Assembly: GCF_006345805.1 (NCBI RefSeq)
Contig: NC_043011.1
Coordinates: 8,184,001-8,248,000, forward strand
Length of the DNA: 64,000 nucleotides
Origin: Octopus sinensis
Taxonomy: Eukaryota
Direction of reading: 5' to 3'
Positions 1-12,292 of this stretch are shown here, in pieces. The translations under genes and the position numbers were made by a program. The stretch's first letter is position 1. Each line of letters starts with the position of its first letter. The notes below the pieces were generated by a model that did no database searches, had not been told where the DNA came from, and was given only the letters and a program-made list of their open reading frames with translations.

Positions 1-1867
1 CCCCCTCTCGGCGCTTCTATACGTATTGACTCTTGAGCCACTACTGCGGAAGCTGGCGACTCTAAGGGGCACCCCGCGAGAATTGGGGATGCGGGACGAG
101 CGTGTCTGCATACGCGGACGACGTCACTGTCATAGTGTCAAGCCACGAGCACATCGAGCGTGTCGGCGGAGACAGACACTGAAAGACTACGAAGCGGTTG
201 ACAGGAGCAAAAATCAACCGGGAAAAAAGTCAGTGGGCTTGCGGCTCGGCACCTGGAGAAGCAAGCCCATGCCCTCCACCAGTACCTCCGTCGTGGGACG
301 CTGGACAGACGGCCCGGTTGAGTTGCTCGGGGTCTGGTTCGGTCCGGACCTCCCAATGGAGAAGAACTGGAACGAGGATAACGAGTAGGGTGGTCACTCT
401 CGCCCAGCAATGGGCTGAGAGGGAAACTGTCCCTAAAAGGTCGGGCGGAGGTGGTGAAACGCGTACATCGCGTCCATCATCTACTACAGCCTCTGACCGT
501 CGTACCTTGTTCCCGACCCTACCATCACCAAACTAGAACGCATCCTCTTCCGCTTCTTGTGGAAAGGATGCGTCCCGATGGTCAGGCGATCATTTGCTGT
601 CAACACCCGTTAAAAGGAGGGCTGGGCATGCCGTGGTTGATGATGCGCAGACATGCGCTGAGACTGCGACATCTCCGGCTCTATGTAGAGACGGTGAACA
701 GGTGTGGTCGCCGTTTGTGAGGCACGCATTCCCGCAACTCGTCTCCATGACCGAACTACAGTCGTGGATCAAAAAGAGGCGAGGAAGGGCGAATGGCACC
801 GCGAGTGTCGCGTTGCTCTCAAGCAACTCTGCCGTCCCGGGTCGACCTTGAGTGACTTCAACACAACCAAAGCATTCTATAGGGGATTAGTGGAGGGGAG
901 GTACGACGACGAGCTCGGGGCAAACCTGGGCGTCGACGAGGAACACCTGACCCGCCTGTTTCAAAACGACTTTCGGCCCGGGACCTATGGACAACTTCCA
1001 GAGATCCCTGGCCTGGCGGTGCTGCTACCGAGAAGCGCTACCCGTCGGGATAAGCTCTATAGGCATGGCTCGAGAAACACGGGGCCGACCTGCCCGAGAT
1101 GCGGGCAGAGCGACGAAACCGCTCTGCACGCAATCGTGCAGTGTCCAGCAATTTCCACTGTGGGCTTATGTCGAACGACTGCTGTCACGTGTGGGATGTG
1201 TCGGTTTATCAGCCGAGTCTATCGTAATATCGTCACACCTCTCTTCAAACGGGAAGGAGGAGCTATTTTTATCATACTTGTGGCTATGGCGAAAGAATGT
1301 ATCTGGTGGACGCGCGCCTGAAAGGATAGAGACAAAACACTTTCCTCTTGGTCAATCTCTCATCACTTCTTCAAGTATCACTTGAAGAGGAAAGTGAGAG
1401 TAGAGAGGCAAGTTTTGTCTAGTGAATGTTTTAAAAAAAGATGAGTGAATGTAGCAAGGATGGCACGTATGAATGACGAAGCCACCTTGACTATGATTCT
1501 ATGAACCATAAAAATTAATACAGAGAGTTGCTTATTTGCAAAAAAAAAAGAAAAGAAATATAACATGTGACTTCATTGACCGAGGTTACCGTGGTTTTCC
1601 GTAGGCTTTTCTTTCCACGGGTAAAACCTCACCTGTCCTCCCCTTTACACTTCATATTGACATTTCTGTGATAACGATCCCTATTATTCATTTTTTTTTC
1701 TCTCCCACCTTTTTTTTTACCCCTCCCTTTTTTTGTCCTTTTTCTTTCCTTTTACGATCCCTTTTGATCGAAAACCACCACTCTCTTTTTTTTACCCCCA
1801 AAGGAAAAGCTCTACCTTGTAATTTGTTCTATCTGTGTGCAGCCCTGTGTGGCTAATAAAGAAACAA
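1..1867 (+). mobile_element. 3' part of an L1/Tx1-clade non-LTR retrotransposon (frameshifted ORF2 RT plus C-terminal zinc finger, and 3' UTR)
   Basis: The frame from base 2 reads PLSALLYVLTLEPLLRKL (RT domain after QGxPLS). YADDVTV is at 111 in another frame. LLGVWFG is at about 320, and CPRCGQSDETALHAIVQC (L1-type CCHC finger) is at about 1090-1145. Multiple frameshifts. Pyrimidine-rich 3' UTR, AATAAA at 1855-1860, then (ATCT)n. Runs off the left edge. Confidence 0.9.
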
Positions 1868-1913
1868 TATCTATCTATCTATCTATCTATCTATATATCT
1901 ATCTATCTATCTA

Positions 1914-1964
<51 letters not shown>

Positions 1965-1970
1965 ATATTT
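1868..1970. repeat. (ATCT)n microsatellite abutting the LINE 3' end
   Basis: Direct reading of the sequence. Confidence 0.95.
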
Positions 1971-2158
1971 ATCTCCTTGCATGCCTATCTGTTTATATAT
2001 CTCTCTCTCTCTATCTGCTTGCCTACCTCTCTGTCTATTATCTAAAACAGTTTGATTTGGCCCCTATGCGACTTATCTCAGCCTAAACCAGCCCAGTTTG
2101 TGCCAAGAAGCCTGTGAAACGTTTAAGTCGTATGGGGCCGAATGAAGCTGTTCCACTC

Positions 2159-2236
2159 ATAATAATAATGATAATAATAATAATAATAAAATAATAATAA
2201 TAATAATAATAATAAATAATAAATATAATAATAAAT

Positions 2237-2267
<31 letters not shown>

Positions 2268-2276
2268 TAATAATAA

Positions 2277-2324
<48 letters not shown>

Positions 2325-2362
2325 TAATAATAAATATAATAATAATAATAATAATAATAATA
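2159..2362. repeat. (AAT)n microsatellite, imperfect
   Basis: Direct reading. It explains the poly-Y and poly-L ORFs. Confidence 0.95.
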
Positions 2363-3629
2363 TATGCATGTATGTATGTCTCTTCTATTTTTAGTTATTA
2401 TAATCTTCCGCTGAGGAGGGATCCGGTTTCCAACAAAGATGCATCTTTCGGAAATAGTTAACACAGGCAAATTCACATTTGGAACTTGAGAAAAGTTTTG
2501 CATATTTTTACTGTTCCACTCACAGATTGCACATGCAATGTTCGAATTACCTGGTCGATTTCTCTTTCTGAAAATCCCAGTTTATCCAGATTCTCCTTTA
2601 TGTATGTATGTATGTATGTATGTATGTATGTATGTATGTATGTATGTATGTATGTATGTATGTATATGCATGTATGTATGTATCTATGTACTTGTGCGTG
2701 TTAGTGTTTATTCCTCTCCACCAATTGAAAAAAGGCGTTGGTTTGTTTACGTCTCTGTAATCTAGTAGTTCAAGAAAAGCGACCGATAGAATTTGTACGA
2801 AACTTTAAAAGAAATAATTACTGGGGTCAATTTGTTTTACTAAAATCCTTCAGTAAACCGGCAGCCGAATGACTGGAACGGATAATTGAAGATTAAAAGA
2901 CAGGGTAGGTATGAATAGAATGATTTTAAGCACAGTTCTACTTAATTGGACAGCAATAACACTACCAACAGCAGCAGCAGCAGCAGCACTAATCCCCGCA
3001 ACAGCATCACACAATACGAATGTGATACTGTTCTTGGTCCTTCCGTCATAAGCGTAAACTCATCAGTGAAACTTCCGTTGAAGATTAGAGGAGGGAGAAA
3101 TTTCTATGTCCAAGGGTCATACCATACTGGCTCTTGATTGAAATACAAGCAGACTGGTGTTAAGTCCAAATCAATTGAATGTACTACGTTATATATTTCG
3201 TTGAGGGGGTTGTATGTATTTTGTACTAGGCAGGCACAACCAGAAACCGACCCTTCAAACCTGCTGTTTGCATAACGACTTTCACTGCAGGCGGAGAGGT
3301 GTTGTGTTAGCCAAAACATTTCAAAAACGAGTAGTAGTAGTAGTAGTAATTGTAGTAGTGGTGGTGGTGGTGGAGGTGGTGATGGTGGGTGATGGTGATG
3401 ATGTTGGGGTGGAGGGGTTGGTGGTGGTGTTTGTGGGGGCGGGGGTGGTCTTCGTAGTAGTAGTTGTAGGTTAGTAGTTACACTTAGTCTAAAAGTACAT
3501 GAAAACCTGGACTTTGAAAAAACGCGAGTTGAAACATTTTGGCAGAGTTTGCTTGGCCAGGTCACTGGAGAGTCAGAGTTGCTATTATCTAGTTACAACG
3601 AAAAAAAACATCATATGATATATGCGTAA

Positions 3630-3630
<1 letters not shown>

Positions 3631-3669
<39 letters not shown>

Positions 3670-3722
3670 CATGAGTGTGTTTGTATGAGTATATATACAC
3701 ATACTTACACACTCATATATAC

Positions 3723-3785
<63 letters not shown>

Positions 3786-3793
3786 TATATATA

Positions 3794-3873
<80 letters not shown>
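3631..3873. repeat. (TA)n microsatellite cluster
   Basis: Direct reading. One of dozens of (TA)n, (CA)n, (GATA)n and (TATG)n tracts in the window. Confidence 0.95.
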
Positions 3874-3876
<3 letters not shown>

Positions 3877-3970
3877 CATTTAGCTACATATACGCTCACA
3901 GAGAGATGTGTTTGTATTTGTGTGTATGTGTGTGACTAAGAGATAGATAGACAAATATATTTCTCTATAT

Positions 3971-4087
<117 letters not shown>

Positions 4088-4516
4088 CATGCATGCATGT
4101 CTTTCTGCGTGCTTTTACATTTGTGAAAACTGACGTAAAATATAAAGTATGTGTTTCTTAAAAGCAGAAGATTTCGGTCGCAACATGAATTCGCCCAACT
4201 GAATTCCAGTCCCGACTTACGCCCAAGCTGGAGGAATCAATAGAACCTCGCGTACATTTCACCTTTCTAACATGTTTTTTTTTTGTTTATTCATCATTTA
4301 TTTCAGTCGCTGGACACCGGCCATACTGGGGCACCTCTTTGACAGGTTTTAGTCAATCATATCATGCTCCGTGACTTATGTATCTTTTTAAGTTTGGTGG
4401 TTATTCCATTGGTCTCTTATGTCGAGCTGCTAATATACAGGGATGTAAACAAACCTGCACCCGTTGTCAGGCAGTGAATAGAGAGACATTCATCTTTCTC
4501 TCTCTCTCTCTGTATA

Positions 4517-4552
<36 letters not shown>

Positions 4553-4605
4553 TGTATGTATGTATGTATTGTATGTATGTATGTATGTATGTATGTATGT
4601 ACCTA

Positions 4606-4657
<52 letters not shown>

Positions 4658-4689
4658 ATCAAAATAAGCAACAAGTATACCCAAGGTAG

Positions 4690-4777
4690 AGTAGTACAAT
4701 TGTTTCATGCTACTTCATTTTATTAAACACTGTAAGTATTACATCAGTTTTAAAATGTCGAGCAATCTTCAGCCACT
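4690..4777 (-). ncRNA. Minimal type I hammerhead ribozyme candidate in a Penelope-like repeat
   Basis: Minus strand: AGTGG-CTGAAGA-TTGCT-(49 nt)-AGCAT-GAA-ACAATTGT-A-CTACT. The core is intact. Helix I is AGTGG/CTACT, helix II is TGCT/AGCA, helix III is palindromic, and the cleavage triplet is GUA. Confidence 0.7.
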
Positions 4778-4990
4778 TATAGAAATTTTCCAATTAAACG
4801 GACAATGCACATTCTTATCCCTATTTCATTTGCCAACATTACAAAGAAGGTAGATATATATACATATATATTAAACTTTTCTGTGCTTATATGCTGATAA
4901 TAGACGCTAAATCGTCGAACCACATTAAGTATTTCCGCTATTATCATAACGCACGTGTCGAAACGAAGAAGCAAGCAAATAGAAATTCGT

Positions 4991-5041
4991 TTCGGTCCGA
5001 TTTCAGGATTAATCAAAGAGATATTTTCCTTCATCAGCGAA
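4991..5041 (-). ncRNA. Degenerate type I hammerhead motif
   Basis: Minus strand: TTCG-CTGATGA-AGGA-(18 nt)-TCCT-GAA-ATCGGA-C-CGAA. Helices I and II pair, but position U16.1 is A, so it is probably inactive. Confidence 0.5.
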
Positions 5042-5420
5042 GAACACCATAAAAATAAATGAAATACTAACGTATACCCACGGAAAAGCAGACACAATGT
5101 CATGAATACATCTAAGTACCCCAAATATATCGAAATAAATATTCGGTAGCAAGCCTCGACGATTTAGCGTCTATTTTCAGCTTATAGGCAAAGAAAATAT
5201 TTCCTTTGCCCTTGTTTATAATTCTGCTCATCATTTCACCTTAAAAGGTACATTTTATATGCTGGCCACTGATAAAAGTTTTAACAATTTTATCCTTTAC
5301 ATTATAAGTATACATGTATGTGTGTGAGTGTGTGTGTGTGGTGTGTGTGTGTGTGTGTGTGTGTGTGTGGCTGGCTGGTTGCTGACAAATTTTTCTACTT
5401 TAAAAAAAAGATTTTATTCT

Positions 5421-5500
<80 letters not shown>

Positions 5501-5661
5501 TATATATATATATATATATACATACATAAACATACATACAACATACATACATACATACCTACATACATTACATACATTAATATATATATTATTTATATAT
5601 ATACATATATATACGTATAAATATATATAATATACCTATTTACACACACACGCACACATAC

Positions 5662-5822
5662 ATGACAGACTCCCATACAGTTTATGTCTACTAAATTCAC
5701 TTACAAAGCGTTGGCGATTCCGGAGCTATGGTAGATGTATAAAGTACCGCACAGTGGGGCTGAACCAGAAAACACGAGTTTGCATAGCAAGCTTCTTAAG
5801 CACATAGCTAAGCGTGCTCCTA
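5662..5822 (-). mobile_element. tRNA-derived SINE family A, 5' fragment, diverged
   Basis: Matches the head of the family A copies (e.g. 47286-47739). Confidence 0.75.
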
Positions 5823-6374
5823 ATTGGCATCTCTAGTCGTAATATCTAAGTTGCGGATACATTTCAATATCCACAAATCTAAGCACAGTTTTCGTATATT
5901 TATACAGTTATTTTATTAGATATAACATTAAATTCAGTGATGAATAGATATCGAAAGAATAATAAAGCAAATGAAAAACTCATGTAAATAAATAGGAAAT
6001 CCTAACTTAGGTTGATTCCAAAAACATAATTAATAACTTGTACAAAGGAATCTGTGATCTATATCTAACGAAATGTCACATTACTCTTGAGCTCCCACCC
6101 GCCAAAACATTTCCCAACAGGAGAAAAACTATAATCATTCATGGCTTACTCACCCTTCTAACTAATGTCAAAACCAATACAGCAAAATATTTTAAACCCT
6201 TTCCATTAAGCTGTAGGCAACAGTAGATATTTAATCGTAAAATAATCAAGGTCAGTTACAGTTGCACATGAAAGATATATAAAAGACCTACAATATGTAA
6301 GGGAAAATAATAGAAAATACACAAAAATTGCAGTAGAAAAGAAGCAATCTATTCAGCTAATGTAATGGTTCGTT

Positions 6375-6800
6375 ACACTGGCTTAATGTCTTGGTTCGGC
6401 TGCCGTCCGTGCAACATCTATATTCCTCCCTGTGTCTGTTATATCTTGTATCCCTGACGTAAGGCTTTATTTCCACACAAGCAAACTTAATTTAATTCGT
6501 CCTTTGTCGAAAGACACCTGTTGTTATGTCCTGTTATTTGTATTTGTGTAACATTCACCGTTTTTTATCCGTCCTTGTTTTCGTATACATTCGCTGCTTT
6601 CTTCTAAGGAATCTAATGCTCTTAGCTTAGTTTTTCCTTGGGGCTTGCCAGATTGGAACAATCTCAAGTATAACCAGCCGAAACTGCAAAGGCAATCTGG
6701 AACTCGACTGAAGAAAGAAAACTCCGAATGAGCCATCCTTGTTTTCTTTGTATCGTCTGTCTGGATGTTTCTTGTTCTTATCCCATTTTGTATTTTTTAT
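6375..6800 (+). mobile_element. Penelope-like non-coding repeat fragment (family P1)
   Basis: Shares GAATCTAATGCT..AGCTTAGTTTTTC..CAGCCGAAA..GACTGAAGA..CGAATG with 9375-9490 (-), 25545-25900 (-), 28485-28784 and 29183-29485. The Penelope assignment is inferred from architecture. Confidence 0.55.
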
Positions 6801-6875
6801 ATAGCCATACGTATAACGGCGTACATACACTTTGGTCTCATATATATATGAATATACACACACGTATATATATAC

Positions 6876-6925
<50 letters not shown>

Positions 6926-6933
6926 TATATATA

Positions 6934-7071
6934 CTTTATTTAAAGCAACAGAAAATTCAACAAAACCTGTTACTCTGAGTTTCCCGTTGCCGTTCATCGG
7001 ACAGTTTTTGAACGGCAACGGGGAAATCAGAGTAACAGGTTTTGTTGAATTTTTTGCTGCTTTAAATAAAG
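6934..7071. repeat. Inverted repeat (about 63 bp arms, 12 nt loop) containing a hammerhead-like motif at 6967-7004 (-)
   Basis: Arms 6934-6996 and 7009-7071 are near-exact reverse complements. Confidence 0.9.
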
Positions 7072-7194
7072 CATATTACTCTACCAGTGGTATTTGAGTA
7101 CTCTTTTTTCCACCTTGTTCACATTATGTGTTTACTCCGGTATATATATATATGTATATAATATATATATATATATATTATATATATATACTAT

Positions 7195-7225
<31 letters not shown>

Positions 7226-7453
7226 AATATATTTATATATATATAGATATAGATATAGATATAGATAGATAGATATAGATATAGATAGATAAGAACATAT
7301 TACTTATGCATAGATATGTATATATATATATAGACATATAAATGGATATCATAAATATGTACTTGTATAATTCATATCTATTTACCTACTTACCTATCTA
7401 TCTATCTATCTATATCTATCATATCTATCTATCTATTCTATCTCTATCTATCT

Positions 7454-7494
<41 letters not shown>

Positions 7495-7510
7495 TATCTC
7501 TATCTATCTA

Positions 7511-7555
<45 letters not shown>

Positions 7556-7648
7556 ATCTATCTACCTACTACCGATCATCTACCTACCTACCTACCTATA
7601 CCACCTACCTACCTACGTACCTACCTACCTACGTACCTACCTACCTAC

Positions 7649-7708
<60 letters not shown>

Positions 7709-7813
7709 TTGTTTGTCCATCTCTCTCCCTATGCTCTCTCATTCCCTCTCTCTTCCTATGCTCTCTATCTCTTTATGAATATATATATATATATGTGTGT
7801 GTGTGTGCGTATG

Positions 7814-7863
<50 letters not shown>

Positions 7864-8659
7864 TACATAAACATATAAAGAGAGATAGAGAGAGCGTTTC
7901 CTGGGAACTTACCAATACTCTACGTCATTCGTACATCTTCAGCCAACCAAGTCACCAACGAGCCAAGTGAGGTGGCCCCAACATAAACACCCGCCCACAC
8001 ACCTTTTATTTATGAGTGCGCAGGTGTATATCAATGGGCATGTACTTGTGTATAAATGAATGGCTGCTAGTATGTGTGTGTGTGTGTGTGTGCGTGCGTG
8101 CGTGCACATGTTGTGTGGCGGTTATAAAGAAGGTGGATGCCAGCCCCAGGTCAGTAACTCTCTAAGCAAGGAGATAGAAAAAGTGACTACGGAAAGGGTG
8201 GGAAGATGAGGGTTACCCAGAGAGCAAACAAACCAACCAGAAAGGTCAACGGGAGAACTCTTCAGGCTGCAAACAAAGGAAGACGAGGAAAAAAAATGAG
8301 GAAAGAAACGACGAAAATGAAAGAAAAAAGCCATAAAAACAAAAATAAAATATAAAAAAAATTTGATTCAAAAGTAATAAATAATAACAACAAAAAGTAT
8401 TGGAGATATAAATTAAAAACAAGAAAATAAGAATAAAACAAGATAACTAAAAAAATAAAATAAAATGAAATAGGGAAAAAGCCGTTAGACAAAGTAGGTT
8501 AGATAAAATCGGGTAGGCAGGTGAAGTGGCGTTGATTAACTTACAGGTAGAAGATAGACTGTTAGTTGTCAGGTAAGATTATCATGATATTGAACATTAA
8601 CGGTCCGGTAAGAGGTTACACAGACATATATCTATACTTATATACTTACATACTTAGCC

Positions 8660-8690
<31 letters not shown>

Positions 8691-8693
8691 GTA

Positions 8694-8741
<48 letters not shown>

Positions 8742-9483
8742 TATATTATATATATATGGTGTCTATATATATATATGTATATGCCTATATAGAGAATACA
8801 CCGACACAAACATACACCCACACATATAACAAAATTTATAAATATATATATATTATACACACACTACACACACACAGATGCGTGCACGCGTGTGTATGTG
8901 TATCATTATGTCTGTATTTGTCTCCCAACCGGTGTATGGTGTGTATACGTCCTTGTAACTTAGCTGTTCGACAAAACGACCCGAGAGAATTTCGCTGTGT
9001 GTATATTACTTTTCACTGTGTGAAGTTCAATACTGGTGTTAGAGTTCGAAAATCCCTCAAATTTTCTGTCATTTTTCTTGAACGTTGGTTTTCCATTTTG
9101 ACACTCCTACGAGCGTTCGTAACCTCGTTACTGTTGTTGTAAAGACACCGTTAAACAGTGGGGTGGGGGGATGGGTATCCTCGTGTTATGTCCCGCATTA
9201 TGACGACGTATGCTGTCGTCTCTACAGGAATGGCTCATACACGTACCTGGCTGACTGATACTACTGACTCAGTCAGTTCACTACTCATCAATAGTGGATC
9301 AGCCCACTTCTCACCACAACGGCATGTATATATATATATATATATATAATTATATATATATATAATTATATATATACAAACTGGGACAAAACGTAAAACA
9401 TTTAGAAGACGATACAAAAAACACGGACGGGACATTCGAAGCCTTCAATCTTCAGTCAAGAACCGGATCATCTCGCAATTTGG

Positions 9484-9576
<93 letters not shown>

Positions 9577-10024
9577 TGTGTGGTGTATGTTTTATTATAT
9601 AATATATAATGCATACACACATACATATATATACACGTATAAAAATGCATATATATATATATAACATGGAATTAAACGGCGGGCATTTTGAACTGGTCAT
9701 GATGCATACGTGCATATATATGTAGGTATACGTTCGTATATGTAAGTATTCGTATGTTGTGCTTATATATATATGTATCTATGTTTCTCTTCTGTGTGTA
9801 TTCTAATGACGAGGCAAAGCATTACTAAATGCAAAGTCAGAAATCCGGGATCCAGAATTATCCAGTAATGTTTTACTAGTTTCATCTTGTCTCTTTGTTT
9901 TCTCTCCGTGTTGATATTTGGACAATTAAGGTGGTTTTTAGAGTCAGATCATGGCTGCTATTTTCAGCATGGTGGTATCTCGTAGATACCCTAATTTATA
10001 ATTTTATATAAATATATATATATA

Positions 10025-10175
10025 GTTCAAATTTACAGAAAACAAGAGATGAAGACAGCTGTAGGAACAAAAAGCAAGTGCATTAGTTTAACGCTCGGGA
10101 AGAATGGAAAAATCTTTTACGTTTCAAGCCTACGCTCTTCGATGGAAAAGACTAAGAGGAAGAAAATGGAGATAG
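10025..10175 (-). mobile_element. Penelope-like repeat fragment (family P3) with a decayed hammerhead-like motif at 10114-10150
   Basis: Related to 46910-47105 (+) and 56120-56196 (-). Minus strand: CTTTT-CCATCGA-A-GAGC-GTAG-GCTT-GAA-ACGT-A-AAAG. Confidence 0.55.
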
Positions 10176-10221
10176 AAATATATGTATATATGTGTGTGTG
10201 TGTGTGTGGTGTGTGTGTGTG

Positions 10222-10256
<35 letters not shown>

Positions 10257-10827
10257 GAGGGGAGAGACTCTTTATCTTTGTGTGTATGTGAGAATGTTTT
10301 TTAAGTGGGTTCAAGATTGGCGCCAGAGAGTGCGCTAAGAAATGTTTTGCAGTACTTTAGCTCTGAGTTCTGGGTCCAACCCCTTCTGGAAAAGATGTTT
10401 ACCCTTTTCTCTTACCCAATGACGATAAATAAATATACAAATATCAGTCAAAGATATACAATGACTATATACACTTCTTCAAAATATTTATCGTCTTGCG
10501 TCCGTCTCATATAACATATTAGAAACAATATTTTCAACAACAATAACAAAAATGTGATCAGATTAAAAAGGAACGAGGAAAGAAACATGCTTTCTAAACA
10601 AGGAAGGAAGTGTCTGCCATAGAACTTTCAACGTTACAAAATAACGGCTGATTGTTCAAGAACAATTCTTCTGCAATATAAGCTGAAAGATAAAGTAACA
10701 AAGGTTCGTGAAGGAATTCAACAAGTCTAAGAAGCCGTGGCTTGAATCTAAGACATAGATTCCAACATTCAGACAATGTAGTAATAGCGCCATCACCGCT
10801 ACCATCACCACCACCACCACCACCACC

Positions 10828-10877
<50 letters not shown>

Positions 10878-11137
10878 TGATGGTGATGATTTCTTTTTAA
10901 TAATGTTAAGTTTGGTTTTGTGGTGCGACAACAAAATGTATAAAACTGTTACAGCTAATAGTACAAAGTAAAACAAAACCACAAAACCACACACACATAC
11001 AAAAACCACTAAAACCAGAATCCAGAGTTACTAGTAAACTATTAAGTCTTTTAGTGCTTCTAATTATTTGGAATGGTTCTTTCTGACACCCTTTTATTTT
11101 CGGAAACCAGGACAATGCACTTTAGAGAACTGTTACG

Positions 11138-12292
11138 TACAAGATGAATTCCAGAAGTTATGAGACCTTTTCAGGAGGGGCATTCATTAATTTTACAGAA
11201 GTTTAAAACTCTAATCTCCTTTAGATTAGGATCATCTGACTTCAACGCATTATTGTGGTGGTCCTGCCACTTCGTGATGGCCCCATGGATATCTTCGAAA
11301 GTGAAGGCGCGCCGGATTTTTGTCACACTTCTCCTTCATCTCCTTCAGCTTGGAGACGGACCATAAGTCACAGGAAGGGTAAAGGACAGCTTTGAACCCA
11401 TTTCTGTCAAGTAGTTGGTTACCAGGAATGAATTGTAAATAGGTGAATTCTCCAGGTGCAGGTGTCTGGCCATTTGCGGCAAAATCTCTTTCCCAAACCT
11501 CAACAAAATCTCCTCCCAAACCTCAACAAAGTACTCTTTGTTGACTGTCTGGCCAGAGGGAACCTAGTAGATGTCGACGATACACTTGCTGTCAAAAAGG
11601 GGGATTGTCCTGAACTTCCCGGTGGACTTGCTTTGCCTGGCCTATTGGTGCTAGCGAAAAATAGATGCTTAGCTTAAACAAGTTAATCGATAAGCTATCT
11701 GAAGCATTTCAGAAGTTTTAGTGTTGGCGTTTTGCACAGTTTAAGTAAAATCTTTACATCATGGTGATTTTTCAAAATTCTCTTCAAGTCCCGGCTGCAT
11801 TCTGCAAACTTGTCAGCTGTGACATGATGTGTTTAGTAAGGTTTGTTCAAACTGCTGCTACAGCCGTCGCCATCAAAACTTCGAGGAAAGCAGGTCAGCT
11901 TATCAAATATATCGCCCGTTTCAAGCCTAGCCAGGCTTATGGGCCCGGTTTCCCGGTTTCTGTGGCGTATGTGTTCCCCCCAGCTGGACGGGACACCAGT
12001 CCATCGCAGCGTTACTCAAGAAACAGGAAGAAAGAGTGAGAGAATGTTGTGGCGAAAGAGTACAACAGGGGTCGCCACCACCCCATGCCGGAGCCTCGTG
12101 GAGCTTTTTTAGGAGTTTTCGCTCAATAAACCCACACATCACCCGGTCTGGGAATCGAAACCGCGATCCTCCGACCGCGAGTCCACTGCCCTAACCACTG
12201 GGCCATTGCGCCACCACTATTAAATATATAGTATTACAATAATAAGATTTTCTCTTAAAAAAAGTCTCAAAACTTCTGGAATGTCTCATGTA
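11138..12292 (-). mobile_element. Decayed Tc1/mariner (mariner-type) DNA transposon with both TIRs
   Basis: Left TIR TA-CAAGATGAATTCCAGAAGTTATGAGACCTTT (11138-11170). Right TIR, reverse complement, TA-CATGAGACATTCCAGAAGTTTTGAGACTTTT (12260-12292). Transposase remnant on the minus strand: ARQSKSTGKFRTIPLFDSKCIVDIY*VPSGQTVNKEYFVEV (about 11640-11520). Confidence 0.85.
11912..12217 (-). mobile_element. Full-length tRNA-derived SINE (family D) inserted in the mariner, with TSD
   Basis: Head has A box TGGCCCAGTGG and B box GGTTTCGATTCC. TSD is TATCAAATATA (11901-11911) and TATTAAATATA (12218-12228). A related copy lies at 33660-33960 (+). Confidence 0.9.

Noticed and set aside
8535-8580. TTACAG|G..GTCAG|GTAAGA micro-exon or recursive splice motif
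   Set aside because: The pyrimidine tract is weak, the 26 nt segment contains stops, and such matches are expected by chance in 64 kb.
9200-9303. Cluster of short hairpins (GACGAC/GTCGTC, CTGACTGA/TCAGTCAG)
   Set aside because: The stems are short and I recognise no RNA family.
10590-10776. Possible C-terminal remnant of an RLE non-LTR element on the minus strand
   Set aside because: The similarity is too weak to call by eye.
12130-12217. tRNA-like sequence
   Set aside because: It is a SINE head continuing into a SINE body, with a TSD and no proper acceptor stem.
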